From: Sedimentisphaeraceae bacterium JB056
GTDB taxonomy: Bacteria; Planctomycetota; Phycisphaerae; Sedimentisphaerales; Sedimentisphaeraceae
Direction: 5' to 3'
Assembly (NCBI GenBank): GCA_044440125.1
Contig: JBITAJ010000009.1
Location: 1-64,000 of the forward strand
DNA length: 64,000 nt
Position numbers and translations under genes: made by a program. Positions within the stretch are counted from its first letter, which is position 1; each line of letters starts with the position of its first letter. Shown here piece by piece: positions 17,476 to 28,380 of this stretch. A model generated the notes under the pieces. It saw only the letters and a program-made list of their open reading frames with translations, ran no database searches and was not told the DNA's origin.

Positions 17476-19209
17476 ATGAGCTTGAAATTATATTTGACCA
17501 TAATGGTCATTATAATGTCAGCTTCGCTTAATTTATGCGCAGGAAGCTGGTATTATGAAGACTATTCTATATTGATAGAACCGGCAGAAATGCCTTTATC
17601 AGGAAAAATTTATGGTTATGAAGATATTAATCTAAAACTTCATAACACTTCTGATAAAGACCATACTGTAGAGATTAAACTCAGCAGCAAAAAAATCTCC
17701 AGTCAGCTCCAGAGTATATCGAAAACAGTCACGTTAAATGCTGGTGAACATTCAACTGTGACCTTTAGCAAACCTTATCTGGCGATGCATAACATAGAGG
17801 TTAACATTTGGATAGACAGAATACCCCAGAAAAGGTTCAGCCTCAATTCATACAATATAGATCATGACTTTGTATGGTCCAATCCCACATCGATACTTTT
17901 AAGCGAAAACTTCAGCTATGACTTCTTCGACAAGCTATTAAACGCCGACTACAAAAGCACTTACAAAGAGAAGAAGCTCAACATTTATAGAAGCGAAGAA
18001 TTACCGGAAACAATGAATGCCTATAGCGGCTTCGACAGTCTGCTTCTCAAATCAGAGCAGCTTGAAAAATGCTCGCTCAAAGCACAAGAAACCCTCTACA
18101 ACTATATAAGGAGCGGTGGAAGCCTGTTCGTTGCCGGAAGCTTCACTCCCGATATCAAAGCGATAAAATCGGATATCGGCAAAGATATCCATTACTATGA
18201 ATATGGTTTAGGCGTCATAATCGTTAGTGACAAGGCAGGCAATAATGAACTTGAAAAGCTTAATTGGCAGCATATTTCAGAACGGCTATGGCAAAACAAA
18301 CTGTTCATTTACAGGCACATAAATCCTGGAAGCAATATAAATGACTGGTTCAGAGTTGTAGAAGTATCCCCTGTTCCATCTAAGGCAATGGTTGGTGTAA
18401 TAGCTTTTCTGGTCATCATAATAGGCCCGATAAACATATTGATTCTCAGGGTTTTGAACAAATCAGTCCTGATGTATATAACGATACCCCTGATATCCAT
18501 CTTAGGCATGGCTGCAATATTGATATTTTCAGTTCAAAATGAGGGTACCGAAAACACCGAAAAGACAAGCAGTTTCACTATACTGGATCAAAGAGAAGGC
18601 ATAGCATCAACGGCAGCGGTCCTTGGTTACTATTGTCCAATACTTCCAATAGGTGAACTCGAGTTTGCAAAAAACACCCAAGTTATCCCACTTAACCTTC
18701 CTGAATACGGCAGCAACGGTGATAAACATATAAATCTTGACGAAGGCCAAAAATTGTACGGCAGTTGGATAAACTCACGAGTTCCATCTCATTTCGCCGC
18801 AATAAAACTTACCGAAAACAACAAACCTGTGCTTGAATTTGTCAATAACAACAACGCGATTATTAAGGTAACTAATAAAACGAATTCAACAGTGTCCAGC
18901 TTAAGATATAAAGATCAAGTCGGAAGAGTATGGGAAACAGAAAATCTTAAACCGGGCCAAAAAACCATACTGAAACCTGCAAAAAAAATTCAAAGTTCAA
19001 TGGTCTTGTGTCCTGTAAGAAAAATGTCAAGCAATGACTGGCTTAGGAGCGGCTCAACCATATATAAAAATCCATACGAGAATTTGTATCCCGGTTGCTA
19101 TATAGCAAATATTGAGGGAGAACTCTTCCTTGAGAAACCTGCACACGAGAAAGCTTCAAAGAGAACTCAAAACAGCTTTATTTATGGAATAACCGGAGAT
19201 TTCAAATGA
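17476..19209 (+). CDS. ABC-exporter-associated membrane protein
   Basis: Signal peptide, GATase-like segment (YIRSGGSLFV), two TMs (IIGPIN...ITIPLIS); ATGA overlap with the ATPase gene. Confidence 0.7.
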   Translation: MSLKLYLTIMVIIMSASLNLCAGSWYYEDYSILIEPAEMPLSGKIYGYEDINLKLHNTSDKDHTVEIKLSSKKISSQLQSISKTVTLNAGEHSTVTFSKPYLAMHNIEVNIWIDRIPQKRFSLNSYNIDHDFVWSNPTSILLSENFSYDFFDKLLNADYKSTYKEKKLNIYRSEELPETMNAYSGFDSLLLKSEQLEKCSLKAQETLYNYIRSGGSLFVAGSFTPDIKAIKSDIGKDIHYYEYGLGVIIVSDKAGNNELEKLNWQHISERLWQNKLFIYRHINPGSNINDWFRVVEVSPVPSKAMVGVIAFLVIIIGPINILILRVLNKSVLMYITIPLISILGMAAILIFSVQNEGTENTEKTSSFTILDQREGIASTAAVLGYYCPILPIGELEFAKNTQVIPLNLPEYGSNGDKHINLDEGQKLYGSWINSRVPSHFAAIKLTENNKPVLEFVNNNNAIIKVTNKTNSTVSSLRYKDQVGRVWETENLKPGQKTILKPAKKIQSSMVLCPVRKMSSNDWLRSGSTIYKNPYENLYPGCYIANIEGELFLEKPAHEKASKRTQNSFIYGITGDFK

Positions 19210-20138
19210 GGGTTGAAGTAAGAAACCTCAAAAAACATTTCGGTAAAACCAAAGCTGTTGATGACATAAGTTTCAACTTCTCATCTGGCGACATTGTAGG
19301 ATTTGTAGGCCCAAATGGAGCAGGCAAAACCACAACAATGCGTATCCTCTCAGCACTTGAGGATCCTACCGAAGGAGAAATACTGCTTGATGGCCATTCC
19401 ATAATAGAATATCCGGAAAAGGCAATGGTCACTGTCGGCTATATGCCCGACAGCCTGCCAAATCAGAATGACATTACAGTAAACGAATTCCTCGACTTCT
19501 TTGCCAGAGCATTCGGACTCGATAATAAAGCAAGAAAGAATGCCATAGAGGAAACAGAAAGCTTCACAAAGCTAACAAAACTTCGTAACAAAACACTAAA
19601 GCAGCTAAGTAAGGGAATGAAGCAGCGAGTAAGTCTTGCAAGAGCTATTATTCATGACCCGGATATTCTGATACTTGATGAACCGGCTGCCGGCCTCGAC
19701 CCAAGGGCCCGCGTAGAGCTGCTTGATATGCTAAAGGAACTCGCTTCCAGAGGCAAAGCTATCCTTGTAAGTTCCCACATCCTTTCGGAGCTTGGCGAAA
19801 TATGTGATAACATATTGATAATAGAAAAAGGCAAACTGCTTTACAGCGGTCAAATAGACCATATAATGTCGTCAAATATCGTAACGACAAAGAAAATTCA
19901 AATATCACATATCGATTGTAAAGAAAAAATACTTAAGATATTGGAAACAACAGGCAAGATTGAAAATATAGAAGCGGGCAGCATAAATATCAAAGCCGAA
20001 TATTCAGGCGATGATACTGATATAGCAAATCTGCTTGAGTCATTGATAGACGGCGGTTGCCGTATCACTGAATTCAGAATTATCGGAAGAACACTGTCTG
20101 ATATCTTCATGGACATAACAAAAGGTGAGGTAAGTTAA
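19206..20138 (+). CDS. ABC transporter ATP-binding protein (ABC-2 type)
   Basis: GPNGAGKTT, LSKGMKQR, LILDEP, SSH. Confidence 0.96.
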   Translation: MRVEVRNLKKHFGKTKAVDDISFNFSSGDIVGFVGPNGAGKTTTMRILSALEDPTEGEILLDGHSIIEYPEKAMVTVGYMPDSLPNQNDITVNEFLDFFARAFGLDNKARKNAIEETESFTKLTKLRNKTLKQLSKGMKQRVSLARAIIHDPDILILDEPAAGLDPRARVELLDMLKELASRGKAILVSSHILSELGEICDNILIIEKGKLLYSGQIDHIMSSNIVTTKKIQISHIDCKEKILKILETTGKIENIEAGSINIKAEYSGDDTDIANLLESLIDGGCRITEFRIIGRTLSDIFMDITKGEVS

Positions 20139-21589
20139 TGAGTCTGGGCTTGGTCAATGCAGTTACCTTAAAAGAGATGAGGCAGTCAGTAAGAGGAATG
20201 TTCATCAGCATACTTCTGACAATAACCCTTATCGCAAACGGGATGTTCATCTGCAGTGAACTCATATTCAACAACAACATAGGGCTTGATTTTACAATTG
20301 CACAAAGATTGTTCAGTCAAATATACTTCATACTTATGATTGGAAGCTTTATACTGATACCTGCTTACATAGGCAATAGATTCTCAAGTGAAATATCTGA
20401 CAAAGAAAGCAGCCTCTTCTTTTCAACAACACTTAAACCCGCAGAAATTGTCTGGGGGAAATTTTGTTCGGGGGCTATGCTTGTCGTAATGTTCTACTGC
20501 GCAACTTTGCCATTTTTGGTATTGCTTTATTTCCTTCGCGGACTTGATGTTGTAAAAATGTTGATGACAATCTTCTACAGCTTCATTTTCAGCCTTCTGT
20601 CAATTATGTTCATGCTGGCCTTCAATTCAGATGCCGCTCATCCTGGAATAAGAAGAACAAAAAATGCCGTAGGTGTCATATCGCTCCTATTCTTGAGCAG
20701 TTCACTTGGTGAACTTTACTTTTTTGTTAACAGTGACGGAGCATCCATAACCACCTTTGTATACTGGGCCAAAATGCTAACATACCTTGGAGTCGAAATC
20801 CTTGCAGGTTTGATGTTGTTCCTGATAACTGTCTACAAAATAAGTCCAAAGTTCTCTAACAGGGCTTTGCCTATCAAAATATATACCTTCATTTTCTGGC
20901 TCCTTACCGGCATAATAGCTCTTGCATGGTCAAGATCCGATGCGCTGACAAGCAGATTCAGCGACATTGAACCACTCGGAATATGGCTGCCTGCTATGAC
21001 AATAATGTTTGTGGTAGCAATGGTAATGTCAGCAATCGAGCCAAATAAATTAAGTAAAAGAGTAAGAGCTAAGATATCTAAAAAATCTTTCGTAAAAACA
21101 TTCCAGTATATCTTTTATTCAGGATGTGCAAGCACTTTTATATTCTGCGGAATAATGGCCATACTAACAATAATGGTATCAGGTGCCCTTGAAGCTGCTG
21201 GTATGCCTGGAACAAAAGAAACAATGATAACAATAGAATTGTCAGCAATGACTCTTTACGGTCTTATGTATGGGCTTACAACCATTACTATAAAACGTCA
21301 TTTTTTCAAAGACAAACCTGACACAAAGATACCGGCAATAATAACCCTGATATTAATTCTCCTGGGAACAATAACGCCTGTACTTATAGCGTTCTACATG
21401 TTTGAAAGTCTGGCACCAATGAATAACCTTGGGTGGTATGTTGTAGGAAACCCCTTCATCATCTTCTCAAAGGAATGGCCTATATTTAAAGTACTCGCCT
21501 TTACAAGTGTCTTTACAATTGTGTTAACAGCGTTCAACTGGAAATGGTTCTACACGAGCTTCAAAGAATTTCATCGACCCGAAAATTGA
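20138..21589 (+). CDS. ABC transporter permease
   Basis: KEMRQ, TTLKPAEIVWGKF, many TMs; TAATG coupling. Confidence 0.85.
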   Translation: MSLGLVNAVTLKEMRQSVRGMFISILLTITLIANGMFICSELIFNNNIGLDFTIAQRLFSQIYFILMIGSFILIPAYIGNRFSSEISDKESSLFFSTTLKPAEIVWGKFCSGAMLVVMFYCATLPFLVLLYFLRGLDVVKMLMTIFYSFIFSLLSIMFMLAFNSDAAHPGIRRTKNAVGVISLLFLSSSLGELYFFVNSDGASITTFVYWAKMLTYLGVEILAGLMLFLITVYKISPKFSNRALPIKIYTFIFWLLTGIIALAWSRSDALTSRFSDIEPLGIWLPAMTIMFVVAMVMSAIEPNKLSKRVRAKISKKSFVKTFQYIFYSGCASTFIFCGIMAILTIMVSGALEAAGMPGTKETMITIELSAMTLYGLMYGLTTITIKRHFFKDKPDTKIPAIITLILILLGTITPVLIAFYMFESLAPMNNLGWYVVGNPFIIFSKEWPIFKVLAFTSVFTIVLTAFNWKWFYTSFKEFHRPEN

Positions 21590-21605
21590 AATTCCTACAA
21601 AAAAT

Positions 21606-24188
21606 CTACTGACCTGTTACAGGAATATTAATTACCACTTTCGTACCCTTATCAGGCTGTGAGATAATATCCATAAAGCCGCCAATATGTTTAACGCGTT
21701 CCTTTACGCTGAAAAGGCCGTAGCCTCTATCGCACTCGGACGAGTCAAGCCTCTTAACATCAAAGCCTTTTCCCTCATCTATAACGAAAATCTCTACGCT
21801 ATCCTTATTTCTGTTAATAACAACTTTGGCCTTTTTGACGTCAGCATGTTTTACAATATTTAACATAAGTTCTCTCACTGATCTGTATATGAGAACTTGT
21901 ATCTGTTCATCAATAAAATGCTGCTCACCTTTACATTCAAAATCAACTTTGATATTATGCATTTTCATGAACTCATCTGCAAGTTCTTCAACTGCTATCT
22001 CAAAACCAAAATTGTACAAAGAAGGCGGGCTTATATTAAAGGTCAGAGAACGCGTGCTTCTGACTGCTTCATGGAGATGTTCCTGAACTTCCACTAAGGA
22101 ATTTGATATATTCGCCGGGCTCTCTTTTTCAATTATACCTATCTGTCGTGCTGAATGGCTTATTATTGGACCAAGGCAATCGTGAAGCTGCTCGGCAATT
22201 CGTCTTCGTTCCCTTTCTTCAGCAAGGACCAGCTCGGCAGTAAGAGACCGCAATTGAACCTGATAGTCAAGTATCTCATGTTGAGCCTTGGTTTTTTCAC
22301 TTATATCTACCGCAACACCAATGAGGCCGTCTATCTGACCTTGTCTGTTTTTAACCCATGAAAAGTTGACATCAAAAGTGAATCCGTTAAAAGATGTAAT
22401 CACCGTATTAGATATCTCACCTCTTAAGGCCTTCTTGAAGCCATCAACCATATCGTAATGTTTTTCATAAACTTCGAAGAAATTCTTTCCAACAGAACTT
22501 CCTGGATTTCCGCCTATTTTATAAAGAGGCTCTCCCTCTTCAAGAGTAATCTTACCATTCTTATCAATTGCGAAAAGAATTATAGGCGCACATGAAACTA
22601 CCGTATTAACTCTTTCCCTGCTTTCAAAAAGTTTCTTCTCAACGTCAAATCGGTGTATCGCTTCCGCTACCAACAAGGCTATAGGCTCAAGCAATTCTGT
22701 CATCAATTCAATAGGTTTGAATTTCTCTTGGTCAGCAAGGTGAATCAAACCTAAGACCTCTTTATGATAAACGATAGGTACAATTATAATCGAATTGAAA
22801 CCATTGGAAATGCAATGGGCCCAGTATTTCTCTTTCTCTTTCTCTGAAAGACTGTCCATAAAATTCTGAGCATCATTCACACCGAACGATGTCTTGCCTA
22901 TTGATATTTTCTTATCTACTTTTTCAAATATTCCCGAAGCAACTCTTGCGCATATGCAGGAGACTTCTTCTACCGAGATGTTATTTTCAAGTTCTAAAAA
23001 ATCTCCGCTATATCCCATGCAGGAGATATACGGCAACGAACCTTTAGCACTCTTCAATCTTACCCCGGCACATTCAAAGCCGCTCCATTGTCGGATAGTC
23101 TTAACTACAGAATCCAGATATTCCTGCAAAGTATTTTTCTTTATGAAAAGATCAAGCAATGTGTTGGTTATTTTGATCAGCGACTCATCATATTTTCTTT
23201 TCGTTATATCAGAACCAACCGCAAGCAAACCGACAACTTTGCCATCGGAATCAATGATAGGCTTATTGGTCCATGATATCCATACGTACCTGCCATCTTT
23301 GCAGATATTTTGGTTCTCGTTCTGCACATATTTTTCGGGATCATTACCAATCTGCTTTACGAGTTCATGCATATCCCGACCAGAGGAATCTTTCTCGGGT
23401 ATTATGGTGCCAACAATATTCTTCCCTATTATCTCATGTTCAGAATAACCAAAGAACTTCTGAGCATATTCATTGAAGAATGTTATTGTGCCGTCAACCG
23501 TCCTTTGCATTATTATACTATTAGCATTTTCCACTAAATGGCGGTATTTTTTTTCATTTTCCGCAATCTTAATCTCAGCCTTCTTAATATCTGTAACATT
23601 TTTGAGAGAGAATACCAGAAAATCGATCTCTCCCCGCAAATTGGTTATTGGAACAAGATTCCAATCCCAGTAAGTCTCTCCAAATTCGGGATGGTCAGGA
23701 AAAACAAAAAGCTTACCGCGAGTTTCGTAAGCTTTTTTAGTCTTGACGACATTTTCAAATATGGCCTTATTCTCTTCGTGGGGGAACATTTCAAAATGAT
23801 TACGTCCGGGAAATTCATAAACTTCACGACCGCAACCCTTGGCATATGCATCATTTACACGAATAAAATTGAAGTTTGTATCAAGGAAAACCATCGGTGT
23901 GAGAGTGTATTTGAAAAAAGCATCAAGTATGTGGACTCTTTCATAAAGCGAGCCTTCTGAATGGCCGTGATCAAGAACATAATCATTCACACTCTTAAGC
24001 CATACACGTTTATCATAGAGCTCATCAAATATGTCCAATATCTCATGTCTTCTCGAACGCTCAGAAAGGAAATCAAGGGATGCAAGTCTTTGCTCGAATA
24101 TAGATCGCAGCAAATTATAACTTTTTCCTTTACGTTCAGGCATACAGATTTTCTCCGAATCAAACACACTTATAATCTCAAACAACAC
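21606..24188 (-). CDS. Cytoplasmic PAS/PAS/GAF/PAS sensor histidine kinase, HisKA_3 (NarX/DegS-like)
   Basis: EERERRRIAEQLHD H-box, ELMLNIVKHA, DEGKGF, GYGLFSVKER; start uncertain. Confidence 0.92.
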   Translation of the reverse strand: MLFEIISVFDSEKICMPERKGKSYNLLRSIFEQRLASLDFLSERSRRHEILDIFDELYDKRVWLKSVNDYVLDHGHSEGSLYERVHILDAFFKYTLTPMVFLDTNFNFIRVNDAYAKGCGREVYEFPGRNHFEMFPHEENKAIFENVVKTKKAYETRGKLFVFPDHPEFGETYWDWNLVPITNLRGEIDFLVFSLKNVTDIKKAEIKIAENEKKYRHLVENANSIIMQRTVDGTITFFNEYAQKFFGYSEHEIIGKNIVGTIIPEKDSSGRDMHELVKQIGNDPEKYVQNENQNICKDGRYVWISWTNKPIIDSDGKVVGLLAVGSDITKRKYDESLIKITNTLLDLFIKKNTLQEYLDSVVKTIRQWSGFECAGVRLKSAKGSLPYISCMGYSGDFLELENNISVEEVSCICARVASGIFEKVDKKISIGKTSFGVNDAQNFMDSLSEKEKEKYWAHCISNGFNSIIIVPIVYHKEVLGLIHLADQEKFKPIELMTELLEPIALLVAEAIHRFDVEKKLFESRERVNTVVSCAPIILFAIDKNGKITLEEGEPLYKIGGNPGSSVGKNFFEVYEKHYDMVDGFKKALRGEISNTVITSFNGFTFDVNFSWVKNRQGQIDGLIGVAVDISEKTKAQHEILDYQVQLRSLTAELVLAEERERRRIAEQLHDCLGPIISHSARQIGIIEKESPANISNSLVEVQEHLHEAVRSTRSLTFNISPPSLYNFGFEIAVEELADEFMKMHNIKVDFECKGEQHFIDEQIQVLIYRSVRELMLNIVKHADVKKAKVVINRNKDSVEIFVIDEGKGFDVKRLDSSECDRGYGLFSVKERVKHIGGFMDIISQPDKGTKVVINIPVTGQ

Positions 24189-24420
24189 TTTGAAGTATCC
24201 AAATATAACATATTTATATTATTTTTTAAAGACTTTATTCCAATATCCTACAATATTATAAATACTTGCAACAAACGCCCAAACATAGATTTCCACCCAA
24301 TACGCTGAGCTTTTTCAGTGCAGAAATTATAAGCTTGACTTTATTTCGACCAGAAAATATACTTTATTCAGGAGAAACAGGTCATATAAACGAAATTCTA
24401 AAATCAGGAGAGAAGCCCGG

Positions 24421-25296
24421 ATGCCTATTGATATCAACAATTTCAGGATAAAACCGGATATCAGGATTAATATAGAGAAACTCAAAACCAGTGTAGAGCC
24501 TTTCTATGAATCCAAGAAAGACTACAAAAAGCTCCTTTCTGAGCGAATAGAGATACTGAAAACCCTGCAAAGTAAGCTATACGCCCATAGCCGCTATTCA
24601 ATACTGCTTATATTTCAAGCAATGGATGCCGGCGGCAAGGACAGCGCCATCAAACACGTTATGTCAGGAGTTAACCCGCAGGGATGCCAGGTATTCAGCT
24701 TCAAGGAACCCGGCAACAAGGAGCTGAAGCATGATTTTCTCTGGCGGTCGAACCTTTGTCTGCCGGAACGAGGGATGATAGGAATATTCAATCGTTCCTA
24801 TTATGAAGAGGTGCTTATCGCAAAAGTCCATCCTGAAATACTGAACGCTCAGATGCTGCCCGATGAGATAGCAAACAGCAAGGATATATGGAAAAACAGG
24901 TATGAATCAATAAAATGTCTGGAATCTCATCTCTACAACAATGGTACCAGAGTCATAAAATTCATGCTGAATATATCAAAGCAGGAACAAAAAAAGCGAT
25001 TTCTTTCGAGAATCAACAATCCGAAGAAAAACTGGAAATTCTCACAGTCTGATATTGATGAAAGACAATTCTGGCCGGAATATATGGATGCATACGAAAA
25101 ATGTATAAACTCCACGACCTCGAAAAATGCACCTTGGTATGTAGTTCCGGCAGATGACAAAAAGAATGCAAGATTAATAATATCAGAGATAATGATCAAA
25201 ACACTTGAATCCCTGGATATTCATTACCCCGAGCCAACCCAAAAACAAAAAGATACCATAATAAATATTGGTAAAAAGCTCAAGGACATGGAATAA
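24421..25296 (+). CDS. ppk2: Polyphosphate kinase 2 family protein
   Basis: QAMDAGGKD, FNRSYYEEV, APWYVVPADDK. Confidence 0.93.
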   Translation: MPIDINNFRIKPDIRINIEKLKTSVEPFYESKKDYKKLLSERIEILKTLQSKLYAHSRYSILLIFQAMDAGGKDSAIKHVMSGVNPQGCQVFSFKEPGNKELKHDFLWRSNLCLPERGMIGIFNRSYYEEVLIAKVHPEILNAQMLPDEIANSKDIWKNRYESIKCLESHLYNNGTRVIKFMLNISKQEQKKRFLSRINNPKKNWKFSQSDIDERQFWPEYMDAYEKCINSTTSKNAPWYVVPADDKKNARLIISEIMIKTLESLDIHYPEPTQKQKDTIINIGKKLKDME

Positions 25297-25330
25297 AAAA
25301 ACGGGCAGATGTTTCACACACCGGCCCGTT
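25295..25330. terminator. Terminator between convergent ppk2 and metK
   Basis: AAAAAAACGGGC...GCCCGTT hairpin, similar in sequence to the 12347 terminator. Confidence 0.65.
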
Positions 25331-25351
25331 GAATTCATTTCATGATTGAAA

Positions 25352-26563
25352 TCAGCCTAACTTTGCGACCGCTTTTTTCAAGGCATCGACCATGTCGGTC
25401 TTTTCCCATGTGAAGCCGTTCTTCTCGCGTCCGAAATGTCCGCTGTGAGCCGTATCATAGAATATCGGCCGTTTCAGGTCCAGATGCTTTATCATTCCGG
25501 CAGGTGTAAGCGGGAATATCTCAGAGATGATATCTTCAAGCCTGCGTTCATCTATAGCGCAGGAGCCCTCAGTATCCACAAATACTGATATCGGATCGGC
25601 TACTCCTATTGCATAGGAAAGCTGAACCTCGCATGAATTAGCCAGACCTGCGGCAACAACATTCTTGGCGATATAACGAGCCATGTAGCTTGCAGTCCTG
25701 TCAACCTTTGACGGGTCTTTTCCGCTGAATGCTCCGCCGCCATGGCTGCCGTGTCCGCCGTAAGTATCAACAATTATCTTACGACCAGTAACTCCGCAAT
25801 CGCCTTTAGGACCGCCAATAACGAATCGTCCTGTAGGGTTTATGTGGAAAATCGTCTTATCATCAACCAGCTTTTTGGGAAGACAAGGCATAACAACCTT
25901 ATCAATGATCTCTTTCTTGATCTGGCTGTATTTAATACCCTCATCATGCTGCGTTGAGACAACTACCGTATGAATCCTCGCGGGCTTGCCGTTGGCACCA
26001 TACTCAACAGTAACCTGGCTCTTGCCGTCAGGACGAAGCCACGGTATTTTTTTTGTCTGCATCATTCTTGAAAGCTTCATGGTAATAGAATGAGCAAGCG
26101 ATATTGTCAGAGGCATAAGGCTTTTGGTTTCCTTACAGGCATAACCGAACATTATGCCCTGATCGCCGGCACCCTGCTCTTTATGCAGTCCCTTGCCCTC
26201 AGTTACGCCCTGAGAAATATCGGGGCTCTGATGATTGAGAGTTACCATAACGGCACAACCCTCATAATCAAAACCCAACGCAGGATCGTTATAACCTATC
26301 TTCTTGACAGTGTTTCTTACTATCTCAGGAATATCTACAACAGCTTTGGATGTGATCTCACCGGAAACCACTACCATACCGGTGCTTACCATAGTCTCAC
26401 AGGCTACCCTGCTGTCAGGGTCCTGCTCGAGCATAGCGTCAAGAATTGAGTCTGATATCTGATCGGCAACCTTGTCAGGGTGTCCCATTGTTACTGATTC
26501 GCTTGTAAAAAGTCTGCCGTGAGGGGCTGTCTTTTTCTTTTGAGTTTTTTTTGCTTTGGCCAT
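25352..26563 (-). CDS. metK: S-adenosylmethionine synthetase
   Basis: [34 protein letters not shown]. Confidence 0.98.
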   Translation of the reverse strand: MAKAKKTQKKKTAPHGRLFTSESVTMGHPDKVADQISDSILDAMLEQDPDSRVACETMVSTGMVVVSGEITSKAVVDIPEIVRNTVKKIGYNDPALGFDYEGCAVMVTLNHQSPDISQGVTEGKGLHKEQGAGDQGIMFGYACKETKSLMPLTISLAHSITMKLSRMMQTKKIPWLRPDGKSQVTVEYGANGKPARIHTVVVSTQHDEGIKYSQIKKEIIDKVVMPCLPKKLVDDKTIFHINPTGRFVIGGPKGDCGVTGRKIIVDTYGGHGSHGGGAFSGKDPSKVDRTASYMARYIAKNVVAAGLANSCEVQLSYAIGVADPISVFVDTEGSCAIDERRLEDIISEIFPLTPAGMIKHLDLKRPIFYDTAHSGHFGREKNGFTWEKTDMVDALKKAVAKLG

Positions 26564-26648
26564 ATCTCTGTTTTTTCAATACAATATTTCAAGACCATTT
26601 TGAGCGACAATCTGGCCGCCCAAATACCATTATTTTAAAAGACTACGT

Positions 26649-26677
26649 ATTATAGGTATTAAGGCCATTGTTTGCAA
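26649..26677 (-). promoter_or_regulatory. sigma70-type promoter of metK
   Basis: TTGCAA-17 bp-TATAAT on minus strand. Confidence 0.7.
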
Positions 26678-26839
26678 GTATTTGTTCCAACCAAAAATAA
26701 GCAAACAGGACCATAGGGCATAAAGCAATAGCTCAGTTGTCAATTATCAGTTATTCAGTTAACAGCTATCGGGCAGGAAAAGAGCTTTTGCCGCGGTGGA
26801 ACAGGGAACCCGTGTATAAAGAAATTTGCTTTAGCTGTT

Positions 26840-28141
26840 TCAGGGGGTTATCAGCCAGTATTCTGCCATTTGGGTGAGGTCATTGGAATCAATATATCCG
26901 CTATTATCGATATCGGCATTATCGTAAAAATCGGGGGCAGAGGAATCTGTCATCCAGTTGTAAGCAATAACTGAAAAATCCAAGAGATCAACACCATCGA
27001 AGCATGCTATGTCTCCCGGCGTGAATTGCCAGGCCAGGCGTGGATATCCAACTCCATCGATGCACATCCGCCAGTTATCTTGTATGCCGTTAGCATCATT
27101 AAGAAAGTCCCAACCTGAAAGCGTAAATGTTGAGCGAGTTTGCATTTGCTCGGTCGTCAGCCCCCCTGCATAGCCGGAAGTCTGTAAGTCCCAGAACGAG
27201 TTTGTTATTGAGCCATTGTTTTTTCCTGTGAGCGGACCGGCGTAGTATCTGGACACACCGGCGGTTCCTGTCGCGTAGCAATTGTTTATTGTTGAGCTTG
27301 AGTCGTATAGCCAGCCCGTGATACCGCCGGCACCATCTCTTCCGCTGTAAACATTTCCTCTTGCATAGGAGTCGCTTATCTGTGAGCGATTTGTCCCGAC
27401 AAGTCCGCCGGCATAGCTGCTTGATATGGTTACCGAACCTGTTGCCGAGCAGTATCTTATAATACCGGGGCTTGAATTTGAGCCGACCAGTCCGCCGGCT
27501 TCGCCTAAAGAGGTTACAGTGCCTGTTGCTGAGCAATATTCGATCACACCTGAGCTGGAGCCGGCGAGTGAACCTGTTCTATATGCATCGTCAGTATCTA
27601 TATTTGCAGAAGAAGTGCAGTGGGCTATTGTTGAGCCTGCTGCGGAACCTGCGATTCCGCCGACATCGCTGAATGTTCCAATGAGCGTGCCGGAGACATT
27701 GCAGTTTGTTACTGTGCTGCCTGTGAGGCGGCCAGCAAGGATACCTACGCATGTGTGGCCATTTATCGAGGTGCAGCTCACGGAGAGGTTTTTAATTTGT
27801 GCATTGAGAACGTCCCCGAAAAGTGCTATGTAGTTTGTTGATGGATAGTCCATTGAGCCAATTGCGATTGTATGATTTTGGCCGTCGAATATACCCGTGA
27901 ATTGCTGGGTGGAGTCGGAGACAGGCTCCAGATCGGACAATGCGGACAGGTCGAGGTCGTTTGCGAGGATGAATGAGCTGCCGAAATCGGCTGGTGTCGC
28001 AATGAGTTCGAGCCAGTCGGCTTGTGTTGAGATTATGTATGGGGTAGGGTCAATGCCTGTGCCGCCTGAGTATGTTCCTGCGAGAATTGTTGCGGCGAAG
28101 GATAACGACAATGATAGTATTAACACAGTTCTTTTCAACAT
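26840..28141 (-). CDS. Secreted GLUG-motif repeat protein with C-terminal dockerin/EF-hand-like pair
   Basis: Signal peptide, GGTG...PYII, FTGIFDG, repeated GGLVG/GGIAG, C-terminal ADIDNSGYIDSNDL...W. Confidence 0.85.
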   Translation of the reverse strand: MLKRTVLILSLSLSFAATILAGTYSGGTGIDPTPYIISTQADWLELIATPADFGSSFILANDLDLSALSDLEPVSDSTQQFTGIFDGQNHTIAIGSMDYPSTNYIALFGDVLNAQIKNLSVSCTSINGHTCVGILAGRLTGSTVTNCNVSGTLIGTFSDVGGIAGSAAGSTIAHCTSSANIDTDDAYRTGSLAGSSSGVIEYCSATGTVTSLGEAGGLVGSNSSPGIIRYCSATGSVTISSSYAGGLVGTNRSQISDSYARGNVYSGRDGAGGITGWLYDSSSTINNCYATGTAGVSRYYAGPLTGKNNGSITNSFWDLQTSGYAGGLTTEQMQTRSTFTLSGWDFLNDANGIQDNWRMCIDGVGYPRLAWQFTPGDIACFDGVDLLDFSVIAYNWMTDSSAPDFYDNADIDNSGYIDSNDLTQMAEYWLITP

Positions 28142-28348
28142 TAACTCCTAAAAATGTTCGACCTGATAAAATAGGGCAGAAATTTCTGTCTTCATAAAAT
28201 TATTGTACCCTTAAAAACCCCAAAAAACAAGTTTTTTTAACTCAAAAACCCCTTTTGCGGGACAAGCCAGCGGCATGCCATGGACGTACAGACCTTCTTT
28301 TGTCACTAAAATATGGGCGTGATTAACGAATATTTTTTTTGGACGAAA

Positions 28349-28376
28349 ACGGGCGAAAACATTGTTTCGCCCCTAC
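28349..28376 (-). repeat. GTAG-type REP-like palindrome
   Basis: Minus strand GTAG-GGGCGAAA-caatgt-TTTCGCCC, just after the antiporter stop. Confidence 0.65.
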
Positions 28377-28380
28377 GTTT

